A stretch of 64,000 nucleotides of DNA from an uncultured bacterium (GTDB lineage Bacteria; Oederibacteriota; JAAXVQ01; JAUVAV01), in NCBI GenBank assembly GCA_963710755.1, contig CAVQBK010000003.1, positions 768,001 through 832,000 on the forward strand, in the 5' to 3' direction. Positions within the stretch are counted from its first letter, which is position 1, and each line of letters starts with the position of its first letter. The notes under the pieces are model-generated. The model was not told where the DNA came from. It saw only the letters and a program-made list of their open reading frames with translations, and did not search any database. A program made the translations under genes and the position numbers. Shown piece after piece: positions 50,272 through 61,081 of this stretch.

Positions 50272-52122
50272 ATGAGTATGGGAAAAGTCATTGGCATTGA
50301 TTTGGGGACCACCAATTCCTGCGTTGCGGTGATGCATGGTGGGGATGTGGAAGTGATTACCAATGCCGCAGGCAGCCGCACCACGCCTTCTGTGGTGGCC
50401 TTTACCAAGACCCACGAACGCTTGATTGGACAAACCGCCAAACGCCAGGCGGTAACCAATCCCAGCCAAACCGTGTTCTCCATCAAACGATTCATGGGGC
50501 GGCTTTACACGGAAGCCACGGAAGAAGAACGTATGGTGCCCTATAGAACCAGCGCCGGTCCCCAGGGTGCGGTGGTGGTGGAGCTGGACGGCAAATCTTA
50601 CACTCCACCTGAAATCTCCGCCATGATATTGCAAAAACTCAAGGAAGACAGCGAAGCCTTTTTGGGCGAGCCGGTTACAGAAGCCATCATTACTGTGCCC
50701 GCTTATTTTAATGACAGCCAACGGCAGGCCACCAAGGATGCCGGTAAAATTGCCGGACTTAATGTATTGCGCATCATCAACGAACCCACAGCGGCGGCTC
50801 TGGCCTATGGTCTGGATAAGAAAAAAGGCGAGAAGATTGCGGTCTATGATTTGGGCGGCGGAACTTTTGATATTTCTATCCTTGAGCTGGGCGATGGCGT
50901 ATTTGAAGTGCGCTCCACAAATGGTGACACCCATTTGGGCGGTGATGATTTCGACCAGGCTATTATTGATTGGCTGGCCGAGGATTTTTTAAGAGATCAT
51001 CAAATCGATCTGCGTCAGGACAGCATGGCCCTGCAGCGTCTCAAGGAAGCGGCAGAGAAAGCCAAGTGTGAATTGTCCAGTATGATGCAGACCGAGATTA
51101 ATCTGCCTTTTGTCAGCGCCGATGCGCAGGGGCCAAAACATTTGACGGTAACGCTTTCGCGCGCCCGCTTGGAACAGTTGGTGGGCTTCCTAGTGGACCG
51201 CACCATCCCAGCGGTGGAAAAAGCGCTTAAGGACGCAGGACTGAGCAAATCGGATATCCAGGAAATAATATTAGTGGGCGGCCAAACCCGTATGCCGCTG
51301 GTCTTGGAAAGGGTCAAAGCTTTTTTTGGAAAGGATCCCAATAAAAGTGTTAATCCCGATGAAGTGGTGGCCTGTGGTGCCGCTATTCAAGGAGGCGTGC
51401 TGCAGGGTGAGGTAAAAGATGTGCTGTTGCTCGATGTTACGCCGTTGTCCTTGGGCATTGAAACCCTGGGCGGCATTTCCACCAAGCTAATTGAGCGCAA
51501 TACCACCATCCCCACGCGCAAGAGCCAAATTTTTTCCACGGCCTCCGACAACCAGGCGACAGTGTCTATTCGGGTGTTGCAGGGTGAGCGCGACATGGCT
51601 GCGGATAACCGCACTTTAGGGCGGTTTGATTTGAACGGTATTCCGCCGGCACCGCGCGGGGTGCCGCAAATTGAGGTAACCTTTGATATTGATGCCAACG
51701 GCATTGTACATGTGTCCGCCAAAGATATGGCCACAGGCAAGGAACAAAAAATAACAGTGACCACCAGCTCCGGCATCGCGGAGAAGGAAATTGAACGCAT
51801 GGTCAGCGAGGCCAAAGAAGCCCAGGAAGCGGATCACCAACGCCGGCAACAGGTGGAAGTGAAAAATCGCGCCGATGCCCTGATCTATAACACGGAACGG
51901 ATGGTGGCGGATCATGGGCACAAGGCTGACAGCAGCACCTTGGAGCAAGTGAATAAAGCCATTGAAAAACTGAAACGCCTGCAAGCATCGGCAGATACGG
52001 ACGCGTTGGAAGAGGGCTGCGATAAATTGGAAAAAGTGGCTCAGAAGTTGGCGGAAGGAGTTTATGCCAAAGCATCCGGGCCGGAAGGCTCGGAAGAGCA
52101 ACCGCCTTCTGAAGGTAAATGA
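50272..52122 (+). CDS. dnaK: Chaperone DnaK (Hsp70), copy 2
   Basis: Same Hsp70 signatures as copy 1; within hrcA-grpE-dnaK-dnaJ. Confidence 0.98.
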   Translation: MSMGKVIGIDLGTTNSCVAVMHGGDVEVITNAAGSRTTPSVVAFTKTHERLIGQTAKRQAVTNPSQTVFSIKRFMGRLYTEATEEERMVPYRTSAGPQGAVVVELDGKSYTPPEISAMILQKLKEDSEAFLGEPVTEAIITVPAYFNDSQRQATKDAGKIAGLNVLRIINEPTAAALAYGLDKKKGEKIAVYDLGGGTFDISILELGDGVFEVRSTNGDTHLGGDDFDQAIIDWLAEDFLRDHQIDLRQDSMALQRLKEAAEKAKCELSSMMQTEINLPFVSADAQGPKHLTVTLSRARLEQLVGFLVDRTIPAVEKALKDAGLSKSDIQEIILVGGQTRMPLVLERVKAFFGKDPNKSVNPDEVVACGAAIQGGVLQGEVKDVLLLDVTPLSLGIETLGGISTKLIERNTTIPTRKSQIFSTASDNQATVSIRVLQGERDMAADNRTLGRFDLNGIPPAPRGVPQIEVTFDIDANGIVHVSAKDMATGKEQKITVTTSSGIAEKEIERMVSEAKEAQEADHQRRQQVEVKNRADALIYNTERMVADHGHKADSSTLEQVNKAIEKLKRLQASADTDALEEGCDKLEKVAQKLAEGVYAKASGPEGSEEQPPSEGK

Positions 52123-52142
52123 AGAGTAAGGGGAATTAAAGT

Positions 52143-53288
52143 ATGGCAGCAAAACGTGACTATTACGAGGTTCTCGGTGTTTCCAAAGGGGCCTCTGAAA
52201 ATGAGATTAAAAGTGCTTACCGGCAAATGGCCAAGAAATATCATCCTGATGCCAATCCTGGGAATAAAAACGCCGAGGAAAAATTCAAGGAAATTAACGA
52301 AGCCTATGAGGTGCTCAAGGACGGTAACAAGCGCGCTACTTATGACCGTTTCGGCCATGCCGGCGTGGGAACCTCTGCGGCCGGAAAGCCGGGAGCCGGT
52401 GGTTATTCGGCCAATGTGGATTTTGGCGATATGGGCGATATCTTCTCCGATATTTTTGAAGGTTTTTTTGGCGGCAGCGCCCGCCCTTCCGGCCGGACCC
52501 AATCCCGTGCCAGGCGCGGTGCGGATCTGCGCTATGATTTAACCATTTCTTTTTTAGAAAGCGCCAAGGGCAAGGAAGTACAGCTTGATATTCCGCGTAT
52601 GGAAACTTGCCAGACCTGTCAGGGCACGGGGGCCAAAGCTGGTACCAAACCCAAAACCTGTCCTACCTGCCAAGGTGCCGGGCAAGTGCGTTCGGTACAA
52701 GGATTCTTTTCTGTCATGCGTACCTGTCCAACCTGCCAGGGTGAAGGCCGGATTATTGACGCGCCCTGTAGTGATTGCCGGGGTCAAGGCCGAAAACGGG
52801 TGCTGCGTAAAATTTCAGTGCGGGTACCACCGGGCATCGAGACCGGAGGACGGCTGAAAATCAGCGGGGAAGGAGAAGCCGGCATTCAAGGTGGGCCGCG
52901 CGGTGACTTATATGTGGTCATTCAAGTGGAGTCCCATTCTTTCTTCACCCGTGAAGATGATGATGTAGTCTGTGAAGTGCCGGTACCTCTGACTTTGGCG
53001 GCCCTGGGCGGTGAAGTGGAAGTGCCCACCCTGGACGGCCGAGTGACCATGAAGATTCCCGCAGGCACCCAATCGGGCAAGGTCTTTCGTTTGCGCGGCA
53101 AGGGGTTTCCCAATCTGCGGGGGTTGGGCTCGGGTGACCAGTTGGTGGCTGTGCAGGTGGAAGTTCCTGTAAAATTAAACGGTAAACAAAAGAAATTATT
53201 GGAGGAATTTGGCCAGCTGGGCAATGAGGACAATTATGCCGGGGTCAAGGCCTTTTATCAAAAAGTAAAAAGCATGTTCGTTCATTAA
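52143..53288 (+). CDS. dnaJ: Chaperone DnaJ
   Basis: HPD motif, G/F region, four CxxCxGxG repeats. Confidence 0.98.
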   Translation: MAAKRDYYEVLGVSKGASENEIKSAYRQMAKKYHPDANPGNKNAEEKFKEINEAYEVLKDGNKRATYDRFGHAGVGTSAAGKPGAGGYSANVDFGDMGDIFSDIFEGFFGGSARPSGRTQSRARRGADLRYDLTISFLESAKGKEVQLDIPRMETCQTCQGTGAKAGTKPKTCPTCQGAGQVRSVQGFFSVMRTCPTCQGEGRIIDAPCSDCRGQGRKRVLRKISVRVPPGIETGGRLKISGEGEAGIQGGPRGDLYVVIQVESHSFFTREDDDVVCEVPVPLTLAALGGEVEVPTLDGRVTMKIPAGTQSGKVFRLRGKGFPNLRGLGSGDQLVAVQVEVPVKLNGKQKKLLEEFGQLGNEDNYAGVKAFYQKVKSMFVH

Positions 53289-53539
53289 ATTACCGTGTAG
53301 CAAGCCACAACCATGCCCTCCTTTCACTTTGCCGGTGAAAGGTCCCAGGGTTCAGACATGGTGTTGTAACTTAAATAATGCCGAATAACCACCACCTCCT
53401 CATCGCTTGTCCGAGGGCGAAGGCTATTGGTGTGGGAGTCCGTGCGTTGTGACACTGTCTCTAAGCCTAGAGGGAGTCAGGGCACGACCAAAGAGACAGC
53501 CTTCCCCGAGGGTTCGAGGTAGGCAGAAGTTGAGGGTGC

Positions 53540-54580
53540 ATGAAGCTCCGTTATTTTTTACCGGTTATCCTGCCGGTGATGGTGATGATGAGTATGGCCG
53601 GATGCCAGCTTGATCCGGAGACGAGGCAAAAAATAGCAGCCTTACAAGCTCAGCACCAGCGGCAGCTGCAAGGCATGACCCAGTTGCAAAATGACATAAA
53701 GCAACTGAGTGATGACTCGCCCATTGTCTATGTGGACATGGTCGGTGACCAGGCACAGTTGTTTTTAACCGGCAAAGATGGTCAGCAGCGGCGGCAGCTG
53801 ACATCGGTCCCGGGCTACAAATGCAGGCCCAGCTGGTCGCTTGATCACCACCACATTGCCTTTTTTCATTACCAAAGTAACCGCCCTCTCGATGATTATG
53901 TTGATATTGCGGTGATCGATGCCGACGGGTCCAACCTGCGTGAGGTTGTTAAAAACAAAAAAATCGACACCAAGAAAATCAGAATTAGCTGGCATCCCCA
54001 AGGGCATACCCTCTATGTTCAGGAAAAAGATTTTCCGGCCATGCTCTTTGGTTATAGTGTTGAAACCGGGCAGCAGGTGGACACCGTGCGTCTGCCCAAG
54101 AATACGTTCATGACTGAAGTCCACACCCTCTCCCCCAACTTCGAGTTGTTGGCCGGTGAAGGGCCGTCCAAACAAGACGGTATCATGCACGTCGGCACCA
54201 TCAGAAGAGACGGCCAGAAGGAAACCGATCTCATGCGTCCCTTTATGAAGGTTTCCTATCATCTGGGTACAGTCGTGTGGTCTTACCACTCCGATCTGAT
54301 AGCCTTTGAACTGGACAACATTGTGATGGTCATGTCCAGCAGTTTCCGTCTCGATTTTAAAGCCTATGTCATCACCCCCCAGGATTTTGATGCCCAGATC
54401 TCTCAGCCGGCCATATCTCCCACGGGCAAGTATTTAGCGGCGGTCATGGAGCAAACCGAGGAAGGGCACCGCGGTTCGGGCGATACGGAAGTGATTTCCA
54501 ACATCTGGGTGATGAATATCGACGGCACCAAACAGGTCCCCATCACCACCTCGGGCACCTGCTTTGACCCCCACTGGTAA
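53540..54580 (+). CDS. Lipoprotein with coiled coil and TolB-like (PD40) beta-propeller
   Basis: Lipobox MAGC; PSWS.D...IAF, IDADGSNLR, PAISPTG, WVMNIDGT, DPHW. Confidence 0.7.
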   Translation: MKLRYFLPVILPVMVMMSMAGCQLDPETRQKIAALQAQHQRQLQGMTQLQNDIKQLSDDSPIVYVDMVGDQAQLFLTGKDGQQRRQLTSVPGYKCRPSWSLDHHHIAFFHYQSNRPLDDYVDIAVIDADGSNLREVVKNKKIDTKKIRISWHPQGHTLYVQEKDFPAMLFGYSVETGQQVDTVRLPKNTFMTEVHTLSPNFELLAGEGPSKQDGIMHVGTIRRDGQKETDLMRPFMKVSYHLGTVVWSYHSDLIAFELDNIVMVMSSSFRLDFKAYVITPQDFDAQISQPAISPTGKYLAAVMEQTEEGHRGSGDTEVISNIWVMNIDGTKQVPITTSGTCFDPHW

Positions 54581-54582
54581 CT

Positions 54583-55341
54583 ATGGGCGCTCCACGATTT
54601 ATCCTTGATCACCTGAATTGGCCAGCCAACCAAGTTTTTCTGAAAGGCGATGATCTCGCTCACTGTCGCAGTCTGCGTTTAAAACCCAAAGACAAAGTGT
54701 TGATTGGAGACGGTCATGGCCGGGCCTTTCATGGGGAGTTGATCCATCTTGATGCTCAACAGGCTACAGTACAGTTGGGCCAGGAATATCATCCCCATAC
54801 TGAATCTCCTTTGAACCTTACCCTCTATCAAGGGCTGACCAAAGGCAGCAAACTGGAACTGATCATTCAAAAAACCACGGAACTGGGTGTTAGCCGGGTG
54901 GTGCCTGTGATCAGTGCCTTTTCCCAAGTTAAAATTCATCAGGAAAGGGAGCATAAACAGCATCGCTACGTGGAGATTGCCCGCCAGGCTTGCCAACAAT
55001 CAGGACGGCTTAAAATTCCCGAAGTCAGCACGCCTGTGACCATGGCCGAAGCCCTGCAGCAGGGCCAGGGCCAGGACCTGGTGCTGCTGTTTCACCAGGA
55101 GCCGGACCTGCGAAGCCTGACATGGACCAGCCTGCGCCACACGTATGGCCAGGCACAAACCATTAGTCTCTTTGTGGGACCGGAAGGCGGTTTTAGCCAT
55201 GACGAAGTAACCCAGGCCCAGGAGCAGGGCGTGCATATCATTACCTTGGGACCGCGCATCTTAAGGGCGGAAACCGCCGGTATGGTGGTCGTGGCCTTGG
55301 CCCAGGAGACGTGGGGTGATTTGGGCGGACCATTGGGTTAA
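54583..55341 (+). CDS. rsmE: 16S rRNA (uracil1498-N3)-methyltransferase
   Basis: QKTTELGV, ACQQSGR, VGPEGGF, LGPRILRAETA. Confidence 0.95.
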   Translation: MGAPRFILDHLNWPANQVFLKGDDLAHCRSLRLKPKDKVLIGDGHGRAFHGELIHLDAQQATVQLGQEYHPHTESPLNLTLYQGLTKGSKLELIIQKTTELGVSRVVPVISAFSQVKIHQEREHKQHRYVEIARQACQQSGRLKIPEVSTPVTMAEALQQGQGQDLVLLFHQEPDLRSLTWTSLRHTYGQAQTISLFVGPEGGFSHDEVTQAQEQGVHIITLGPRILRAETAGMVVVALAQETWGDLGGPLG

Positions 55342-55567
55342 TACGTCCTGGCGAATTCCACGCATTTCAATGGGGCCCCTAGGGAAAATAAAAATAATGA
55401 ACTACTTCCTCTTGTGTCAAAAGACCCTGTAATTCATTGCGGGAGCTTAACGGGTGTTAAAGACGGGCCTGGCTTATGGGGTTCTATTGCAGCCAATAAA
55501 CTTTGCCTAGCCCTGATCACAGGTCTTGTGGTAAATTTAGGCATCTTCTCAAGAAAGGAAAGACCCT

Positions 55568-56443
55568 ATGCGTCCATCATCTTTTGCCATTAAAGGTACC
55601 ACCCGCTTGGCTGGGGTGATCGGCTGGCCGATCCATCATTCCTTGTCCCCGGTGATGCAAAATGCAGGCTTTCGGCATTTGGGCTTGGATGTGGTTTATG
55701 TGCCGATGGGTGTGCCGCCCCAAGGATTAAAGGACCTGCTTCGCAGTTTGAAAGCTTTGAATTGTATGGGGGTGAATGTTACCATTCCCTATAAGGAAAA
55801 GGTGATTACTCTTTTGGATGAGCTCGATGAAACTGCGGCTCGGATTGGCGCTGTCAACACCATCGTCTTTGAAGACAACCGCACCAAGGGATACAATACC
55901 GATGCCTCGGGATTCGTCACAGCTGTTCAGAAACGCATTAAGATTAAAGGGAAAAATGCCGTTCTTCTAGGTGGAGGGGGGGCCGGCCGGGCCGTGGCCA
56001 TGAGCCTGGTCCTCCACGGCGCAAGCCATCTGACGGTTGCAGAACTGGAGTCGAAAAAGCGCAGACGACTGCACCGGGATATAATGACCCTCAACACCGG
56101 GGTGGAGCTCCAAACCCTGGCACCTGAGTCGGCAGGTTTGCAAACGGCTTTGACTCAGGCCGACTTAATAGTCAATGCCACACCTTTGGGATTAAGACCG
56201 TCCGATCCGTTGCCTCTGCCCAAGGCGTGGATACCGAACCACCGTTGTGTCATGGATTTGGCCTACGGGAGAGGCCTGACCAAGTTATTGACGCTGGCCC
56301 GGCAAAAACGCAATACTATCATTCCCGGCTGGGAAATGTTGCTTTACCAGGGAACAAAAGCTTTTACTTTATGGAGCAAGCGGCCGGCACCCATTGACGT
56401 GATGGCTCGGGCCCTGACCCAAGCCGCTGGTATCAAGCGGTAG
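55568..56443 (+). CDS. aroE: Shikimate dehydrogenase
   Basis: HSLSP.MQN, NVTIPYKE, GAVNT, GYNTD, NATPLG. Confidence 0.94.
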   Translation: MRPSSFAIKGTTRLAGVIGWPIHHSLSPVMQNAGFRHLGLDVVYVPMGVPPQGLKDLLRSLKALNCMGVNVTIPYKEKVITLLDELDETAARIGAVNTIVFEDNRTKGYNTDASGFVTAVQKRIKIKGKNAVLLGGGGAGRAVAMSLVLHGASHLTVAELESKKRRRLHRDIMTLNTGVELQTLAPESAGLQTALTQADLIVNATPLGLRPSDPLPLPKAWIPNHRCVMDLAYGRGLTKLLTLARQKRNTIIPGWEMLLYQGTKAFTLWSKRPAPIDVMARALTQAAGIKR

Positions 56444-56476
56444 CCCGCGGCAATGGTCAACTGAGAGGAGTTACCC

Positions 56477-57544
56477 ATGATCGCGTCCATTGATATTTTG
56501 GTCAAAAAGATGTTTGAAAAGCAGGCTTCCGATCTGCATATGACGGCCAACGCTGTGCCCATGATGCGCATTGACGGCGATGTGGTGCCTGCTGACGAGG
56601 AACCGTTGCGACCGGAGCGTTGTCTGGCTCTGGCCTACAGTGTATTAACCGATGAGCAAAAAGAAAAGTTCGAACATGAGCATGAACTCAATCTTTCCTT
56701 TGGCATCAGCAATGTCGGCCGCGTCAGAATGAGCATGTTCAAACAACGGGGCAGCGTGGCCGCAACCTTGCGTTCTGTTCCCAATGAAGTTGAGTCTTTT
56801 GAAGCGCTCGGCCTGCCGCCAATTGTGGCTGACATTGTACAGCTGCCCAAGGGCCTGTTGCTGGTCACCGGCCCTACGGGATCAGGAAAATCCACCACCA
56901 TTACCTCCATGCTCGATTGGATCAACCGCAATAAGGCTCTTCATATCATGACCTTGGAAGAACCCATTGAATATATTCATTCCAATCAGAAAGCCATTAT
57001 CAACCAACGGGAAGTAGGCACGGACACCTCCAGTGATGCTCAAACCCTGCGTCAGGTCATGCGCTGCGATCCGGACGTGGTCATGATGAGCGATCTCCAT
57101 AGTATTGAGACCATTCAGGCGGCCTTGACCTTGGCGGAGACCGGGCATTTGGTGATCGCGGCTATGAACACCACCGATTCCGTGCAGGCCATTTACCGGG
57201 TTATTGACACCTTTCCACCCCATCAGCAGTTCCGGGCCCGTATGCAATTGTCCATTGCCTTGCAGACGGTTTTGGTACAGCAATTGTTGCCCAAGGGCTA
57301 TTCCTCCGGCCGTGTCCTGGCTTCGGAAATTCTTATTCCCACTTCTGCGGTCAGAGGGCTGATTCGGGAAGGCAAGGAATATCAAATTTATCAGTTAATG
57401 CAGACCGGAGGCGAATACGGTATGCAAACCATGAACCAATCACTATTTGATCTTTATCAAAAACAGTTGGTGACCTATAATGAAATTTTTGCACGGACCA
57501 CGGATCCCCGTGATCTGCAGCAATTGGTTAAAGGAACCCTTTAG
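56477..57544 (+). CDS. pilT: PilT/PilU-family type IV pilus ATPase (degenerate motifs)
   Basis: ASDLH, GPTGSGKST, NQREVG.DT, DPDV, AETGHL, VRGLIRE, GMQT. Confidence 0.85.
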   Translation: MIASIDILVKKMFEKQASDLHMTANAVPMMRIDGDVVPADEEPLRPERCLALAYSVLTDEQKEKFEHEHELNLSFGISNVGRVRMSMFKQRGSVAATLRSVPNEVESFEALGLPPIVADIVQLPKGLLLVTGPTGSGKSTTITSMLDWINRNKALHIMTLEEPIEYIHSNQKAIINQREVGTDTSSDAQTLRQVMRCDPDVVMMSDLHSIETIQAALTLAETGHLVIAAMNTTDSVQAIYRVIDTFPPHQQFRARMQLSIALQTVLVQQLLPKGYSSGRVLASEILIPTSAVRGLIREGKEYQIYQLMQTGGEYGMQTMNQSLFDLYQKQLVTYNEIFARTTDPRDLQQLVKGTL

Positions 57545-57559
57545 TTTGGGAGGCAGTGC

Positions 57560-58042
57560 ATGGGCAGACGGCATTTTTCGGAAGCGGGTTTTACCTATAT
57601 TGAGATCGTCATTCTGGTGGCCGTGCTGGGGATTGTGGCAGCCTTGCTGTTTCCCTATGTGAAAACCCTGCAGGAAAAAGGCAGGGAAGCTGCCACCAAG
57701 GCCAATATCAGTGCCATTAAATCAGCCATCTCCATCTACTACGGGGATCATGAAGGCGTATGGCCAAGTACGCTTGATGTTAATGATAAAACGCCTGGTT
57801 TTGGCTTTGGAGACTACCTGCCCAGCATGCCCAAAGTGAAGGTTACTTATCCACCGGATGATAAATTGAATCCCTCCGGCAACGAAGTGGCTTATAAGAC
57901 CTTTCAAGCCGATCCCAGCCTGGAAAAACCCAATGTCTTTGGCAAAGGCTGGCGCTATGAAAAAGAAACCGGACGCATCTGGGTCAACAGCACGCTTCTG
58001 GACAGCGATGGCATGCCTTATTCCAGCTATGGCTATCAATAA
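57560..58042 (+). CDS. Type IV pilin / pseudopilin-like protein
   Basis: Prepilin site AG|FTYIEIVILVAVLGIVAALLFP. Confidence 0.88.
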   Translation: MGRRHFSEAGFTYIEIVILVAVLGIVAALLFPYVKTLQEKGREAATKANISAIKSAISIYYGDHEGVWPSTLDVNDKTPGFGFGDYLPSMPKVKVTYPPDDKLNPSGNEVAYKTFQADPSLEKPNVFGKGWRYEKETGRIWVNSTLLDSDGMPYSSYGYQ

Positions 58043-58330
58043 ACCACGGCGCAGTGTTTGTTATTCACCAGGTCCGGGATGAATTGCAGCAGGCCTTTTG
58101 TTCTTGATTTTTACAGGCATGACCCTTATAATCCAGCAAAAGACGTGTCAATAGAATTTTTATTAAGATTGCCAAAAAACTTTAAAAATAATTCGAAAAT
58201 TTTTCATCTTTCGGGAGATCTACGCGATTGCGGGAATAAAGCTTAGACCATTACCAGCACAGGGCCGTTTTGCTTTCCTGTGAACATCAAGCGCGTCATC
58301 GTAACCAACGAGTCCCACGGAGGCATGCGG

Positions 58331-59437
58331 GTGCTAGACTTTTTGAAAAACCGCAGTTTAATTGGTCTGGATATTGGCAATCACATGATCAAGGCTGTCC
58401 AAATGAAACGGAAAGGCGATGCGCTTCGTTTGGTAAGTCTGGCCGTGGCGGAAGTCCCTCCTGAAGTCCAGGAAGAAGCCGATCCCTATCTTAAAAATGA
58501 CCTGCTCTCCGCCTGCATAAAACAGTTGATGAAAGACAATGATATTAAAGGCACCCAGGTGGTTTCGGCCATTGCCGGAGACGCGGTTATTGTCCGCTAC
58601 GTCAAACTGCCTTATATGAGCGAAGACGAACTTAAAAATGTCATCTCCTATGAAGCCGAACAATATATACCCCTGGCCATAGACCAAGTGGTGCTGGATT
58701 TTGAAGTGCTGGGCGAACTGGAAGAGGATGGCCAGCGTAAAATTGAAGTACTGCTGGTGGCCGCCAAAGAAGAAATTATAGAACAACACATGGCCCTTTT
58801 AAAACAAACCGGTCTAGCGCCTGCGGTCATTGACGTGGATTCCTTTGCCCTGCAAAATTGTCATGAATACAATTACGACGTGGTGGCCGGGGAGACGATC
58901 GCCTTGATCAATATCGGCGCCAAGCTGACCACCATCAATATTCTGGAGGGCGGCATTACCCACCTTACCCGGGATGTAGCCGTGGCAGGCAACAATTTCA
59001 CGCGCGAAATCCAGCGTGAATTCGATCTGTCCTTTCCGGAAGCGGAAAAAATGAAAAAGGACGAAGGGGAAGTACTGATTGAATCGGAAGACATTATGCA
59101 AATGGAAATTCCTAAAAAGGATGATAAAGCCACTAAAATAGGAGATTCCTTCACGCCTGTGCTCAACAAATTGGTGGCCGAGATACAGCGTTCCTTTGAT
59201 TACTATGAAAGTTCCATCAAGAAAAGCCCGGTCACCAGGATTATTCTTTCCGGAGGAACATCGCAGCTTAAAAATTTGGATAAATACCTGGCTGAGAAGC
59301 TGGACGTGGCGGTGGAACTAAACAATCCTTTTAAACATATTCAGATACCGGAGAAAGAGTTCGACTTGGAGTATATCGCCGCCAATGCCCAATTGTTTAA
59401 TATTGGCGTGGGCCTGGCCCTGCGTCAGATGGAGTAA
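58331..59437 (+). CDS. pilM: Type IV pilus assembly protein PilM
   Basis: IGLDIG, EAEQYIP, VLLVAA, LINIGA, LSGG, GLALR; GTG start after GGAGG. Confidence 0.95.
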   Translation: MLDFLKNRSLIGLDIGNHMIKAVQMKRKGDALRLVSLAVAEVPPEVQEEADPYLKNDLLSACIKQLMKDNDIKGTQVVSAIAGDAVIVRYVKLPYMSEDELKNVISYEAEQYIPLAIDQVVLDFEVLGELEEDGQRKIEVLLVAAKEEIIEQHMALLKQTGLAPAVIDVDSFALQNCHEYNYDVVAGETIALINIGAKLTTINILEGGITHLTRDVAVAGNNFTREIQREFDLSFPEAEKMKKDEGEVLIESEDIMQMEIPKKDDKATKIGDSFTPVLNKLVAEIQRSFDYYESSIKKSPVTRIILSGGTSQLKNLDKYLAEKLDVAVELNNPFKHIQIPEKEFDLEYIAANAQLFNIGVGLALRQME

Positions 59438-59440
59438 CTT

Positions 59441-60025
59441 GTGGTTAAAATTAACCTCCTGCCGCTCAAGGTTAAAAAATCCAATGTCGCCCTCAAACTG
59501 TATACTTATGTGGTGATGGGTGCGGCCTTGCTGGGTCTGTTGCTGGTGCTAGCGTTGCTCAATCTGGTGGCGCAGACCAGGCATGCCGAAAGTCAGCTTA
59601 AAGTCATAGAGGCCAAACGCCAGGCCATCGCAGATCAGATCAAACCCATCAGGACTCTTCTGGACCAGGAAAAAGAAGTGATGAATACAAAAAAAATGAT
59701 TTATAACCTCTCGCTCAATCAGGGGCTGTGGATCATTGTCTTGGACCGCCTGGCCGCCCAGGTGCCCCCGGACGTATGGCTCAGCAGTCTAAGCGCCACC
59801 CCCGGCGCCCAGGATCAGGGATTGCAGATCAATATCGAAGGTTCCGCCTATCATAAAATTTCAGTGGCCGATTTTTTAGCTAATCTGGAAAAGACCGATA
59901 TTTTTACTAATGTTAAATTGGAAGGCCTGAGCGATAAAAGCGAGACGACCCTGAAATCAGTACAATTTAAAGTCAGCATGAGTTACAGCGGCTACCTCAC
60001 CGCGGGTGTCGGAGGCAAGCAATGA
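59441..60025 (+). CDS. pilN: PilN
   Basis: KINLLP, TM helix, VP.DVWL, IEGSA. Confidence 0.9.
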   Translation: MVKINLLPLKVKKSNVALKLYTYVVMGAALLGLLLVLALLNLVAQTRHAESQLKVIEAKRQAIADQIKPIRTLLDQEKEVMNTKKMIYNLSLNQGLWIIVLDRLAAQVPPDVWLSSLSATPGAQDQGLQINIEGSAYHKISVADFLANLEKTDIFTNVKLEGLSDKSETTLKSVQFKVSMSYSGYLTAGVGGKQ

Positions 60026-60558
60026 ACCGGCAATGGCTCATGTATGGTGTGACCGGTCTGGCGACATTGGTGATTCTGGTGGCTTATGTCTGGTTTGGGT
60101 ACGCACCGCTGGCGCGGCAACTAGGCCAAGCCAAACAGCGTTTGGTCGCGGCGGATAAGGCCTATCAGGAAGAGGAAAGCTTGGTGGCCAGGAGCGATGA
60201 ATTCAGCGAACGTGCGTCCAAGCTAAGGATGGAAAAAGAACGGCTGGCCGAGCAAATGCCGTCGACTGTACAAATGTCGGCTTTGTTAAAATCCATTACC
60301 CTTGCGGCCACAGCCTGCCGGTTTAAAGACATTAAGTTGACGCCCCTGGCTCAGGAAGAAAAAGAAGGCTATGCGATTCAACCCATTAAACTTTCCGCCA
60401 CCTGCCGCTACCATGCTTTAGGTGAATTCATCAGCGAGATCACCGATCTCTCCCGGGTGATCAATCCTCAGGTCCTGGAGATTAAAAGTAAGGACAGCAC
60501 AGGACGGGGTGACTCTATTACCGCTACATTAATGTTGGTGACTTATGTTAAACGCTAA
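60022..60558 (+). CDS. pilO: PilO
   Basis: TM helix, coiled coil, YHALGEFI...L.RVI; position in operon. Confidence 0.88.
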   Translation: MNRQWLMYGVTGLATLVILVAYVWFGYAPLARQLGQAKQRLVAADKAYQEEESLVARSDEFSERASKLRMEKERLAEQMPSTVQMSALLKSITLAATACRFKDIKLTPLAQEEKEGYAIQPIKLSATCRYHALGEFISEITDLSRVINPQVLEIKSKDSTGRGDSITATLMLVTYVKR

Positions 60559-60979
60559 TCGTCGATTCGGGTTCATGGCCGGGCTGCTGCTGGGGGGACT
60601 GCTTGCGGTTATGGCGGCCAATCTTGTACAGGCTGAAACAGATGGCCAAAGCCTGTTGCTACGGCAACGGCCAAAAATAACTTATCATGGCGAGCATCTG
60701 CGGGATCCTTTTGTACAACCGGGCGGGTCGCAGGAGCAGCCTGCTACCAATCAGGTGGCCATTGCCTCACTAAAGCTGACCGGTATCATTCGAAATCCCA
60801 CCAGTGCCACCGCGCTGTTTACCACCCAAACCGGGCCGGGGTTTGGTTATCTTTTAAAAGACGGTAAACTTTACGCTGAAAATCATCACTTGGTCACGGG
60901 CGTTACGGGACATATTTTAAATCCTAAAGAAGTCCTTTTAAGACAGGATGGACGGGAAATTGTTTTTAAGTTAAGATGA
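60545..60979 (+). CDS. pilP: PilP-like protein
   Basis: RDPF and LKLTGII motifs between pilO and pilQ; no lipobox Cys. Confidence 0.7.
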   Translation: MLNANRRFGFMAGLLLGGLLAVMAANLVQAETDGQSLLLRQRPKITYHGEHLRDPFVQPGGSQEQPATNQVAIASLKLTGIIRNPTSATALFTTQTGPGFGYLLKDGKLYAENHHLVTGVTGHILNPKEVLLRQDGREIVFKLR

Positions 60980-61081
60980 GTCTTGCTGTGCATTAGGTCC
61001 ACAATACCGCGTGGCGGCCACGGGGGGACAGCTTTCCCTTCCCCATTTTTGTGAGGGTATCTCCCAAGAGGAGAGGACATT

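Noticed and set aside
50065-50934. 289-aa antisense ORF opposite dnaK(2), and similar ones opposite dnaK(1)
   Set aside because: Long antisense frames are a known by-product of Hsp70 codon usage; no independent motif
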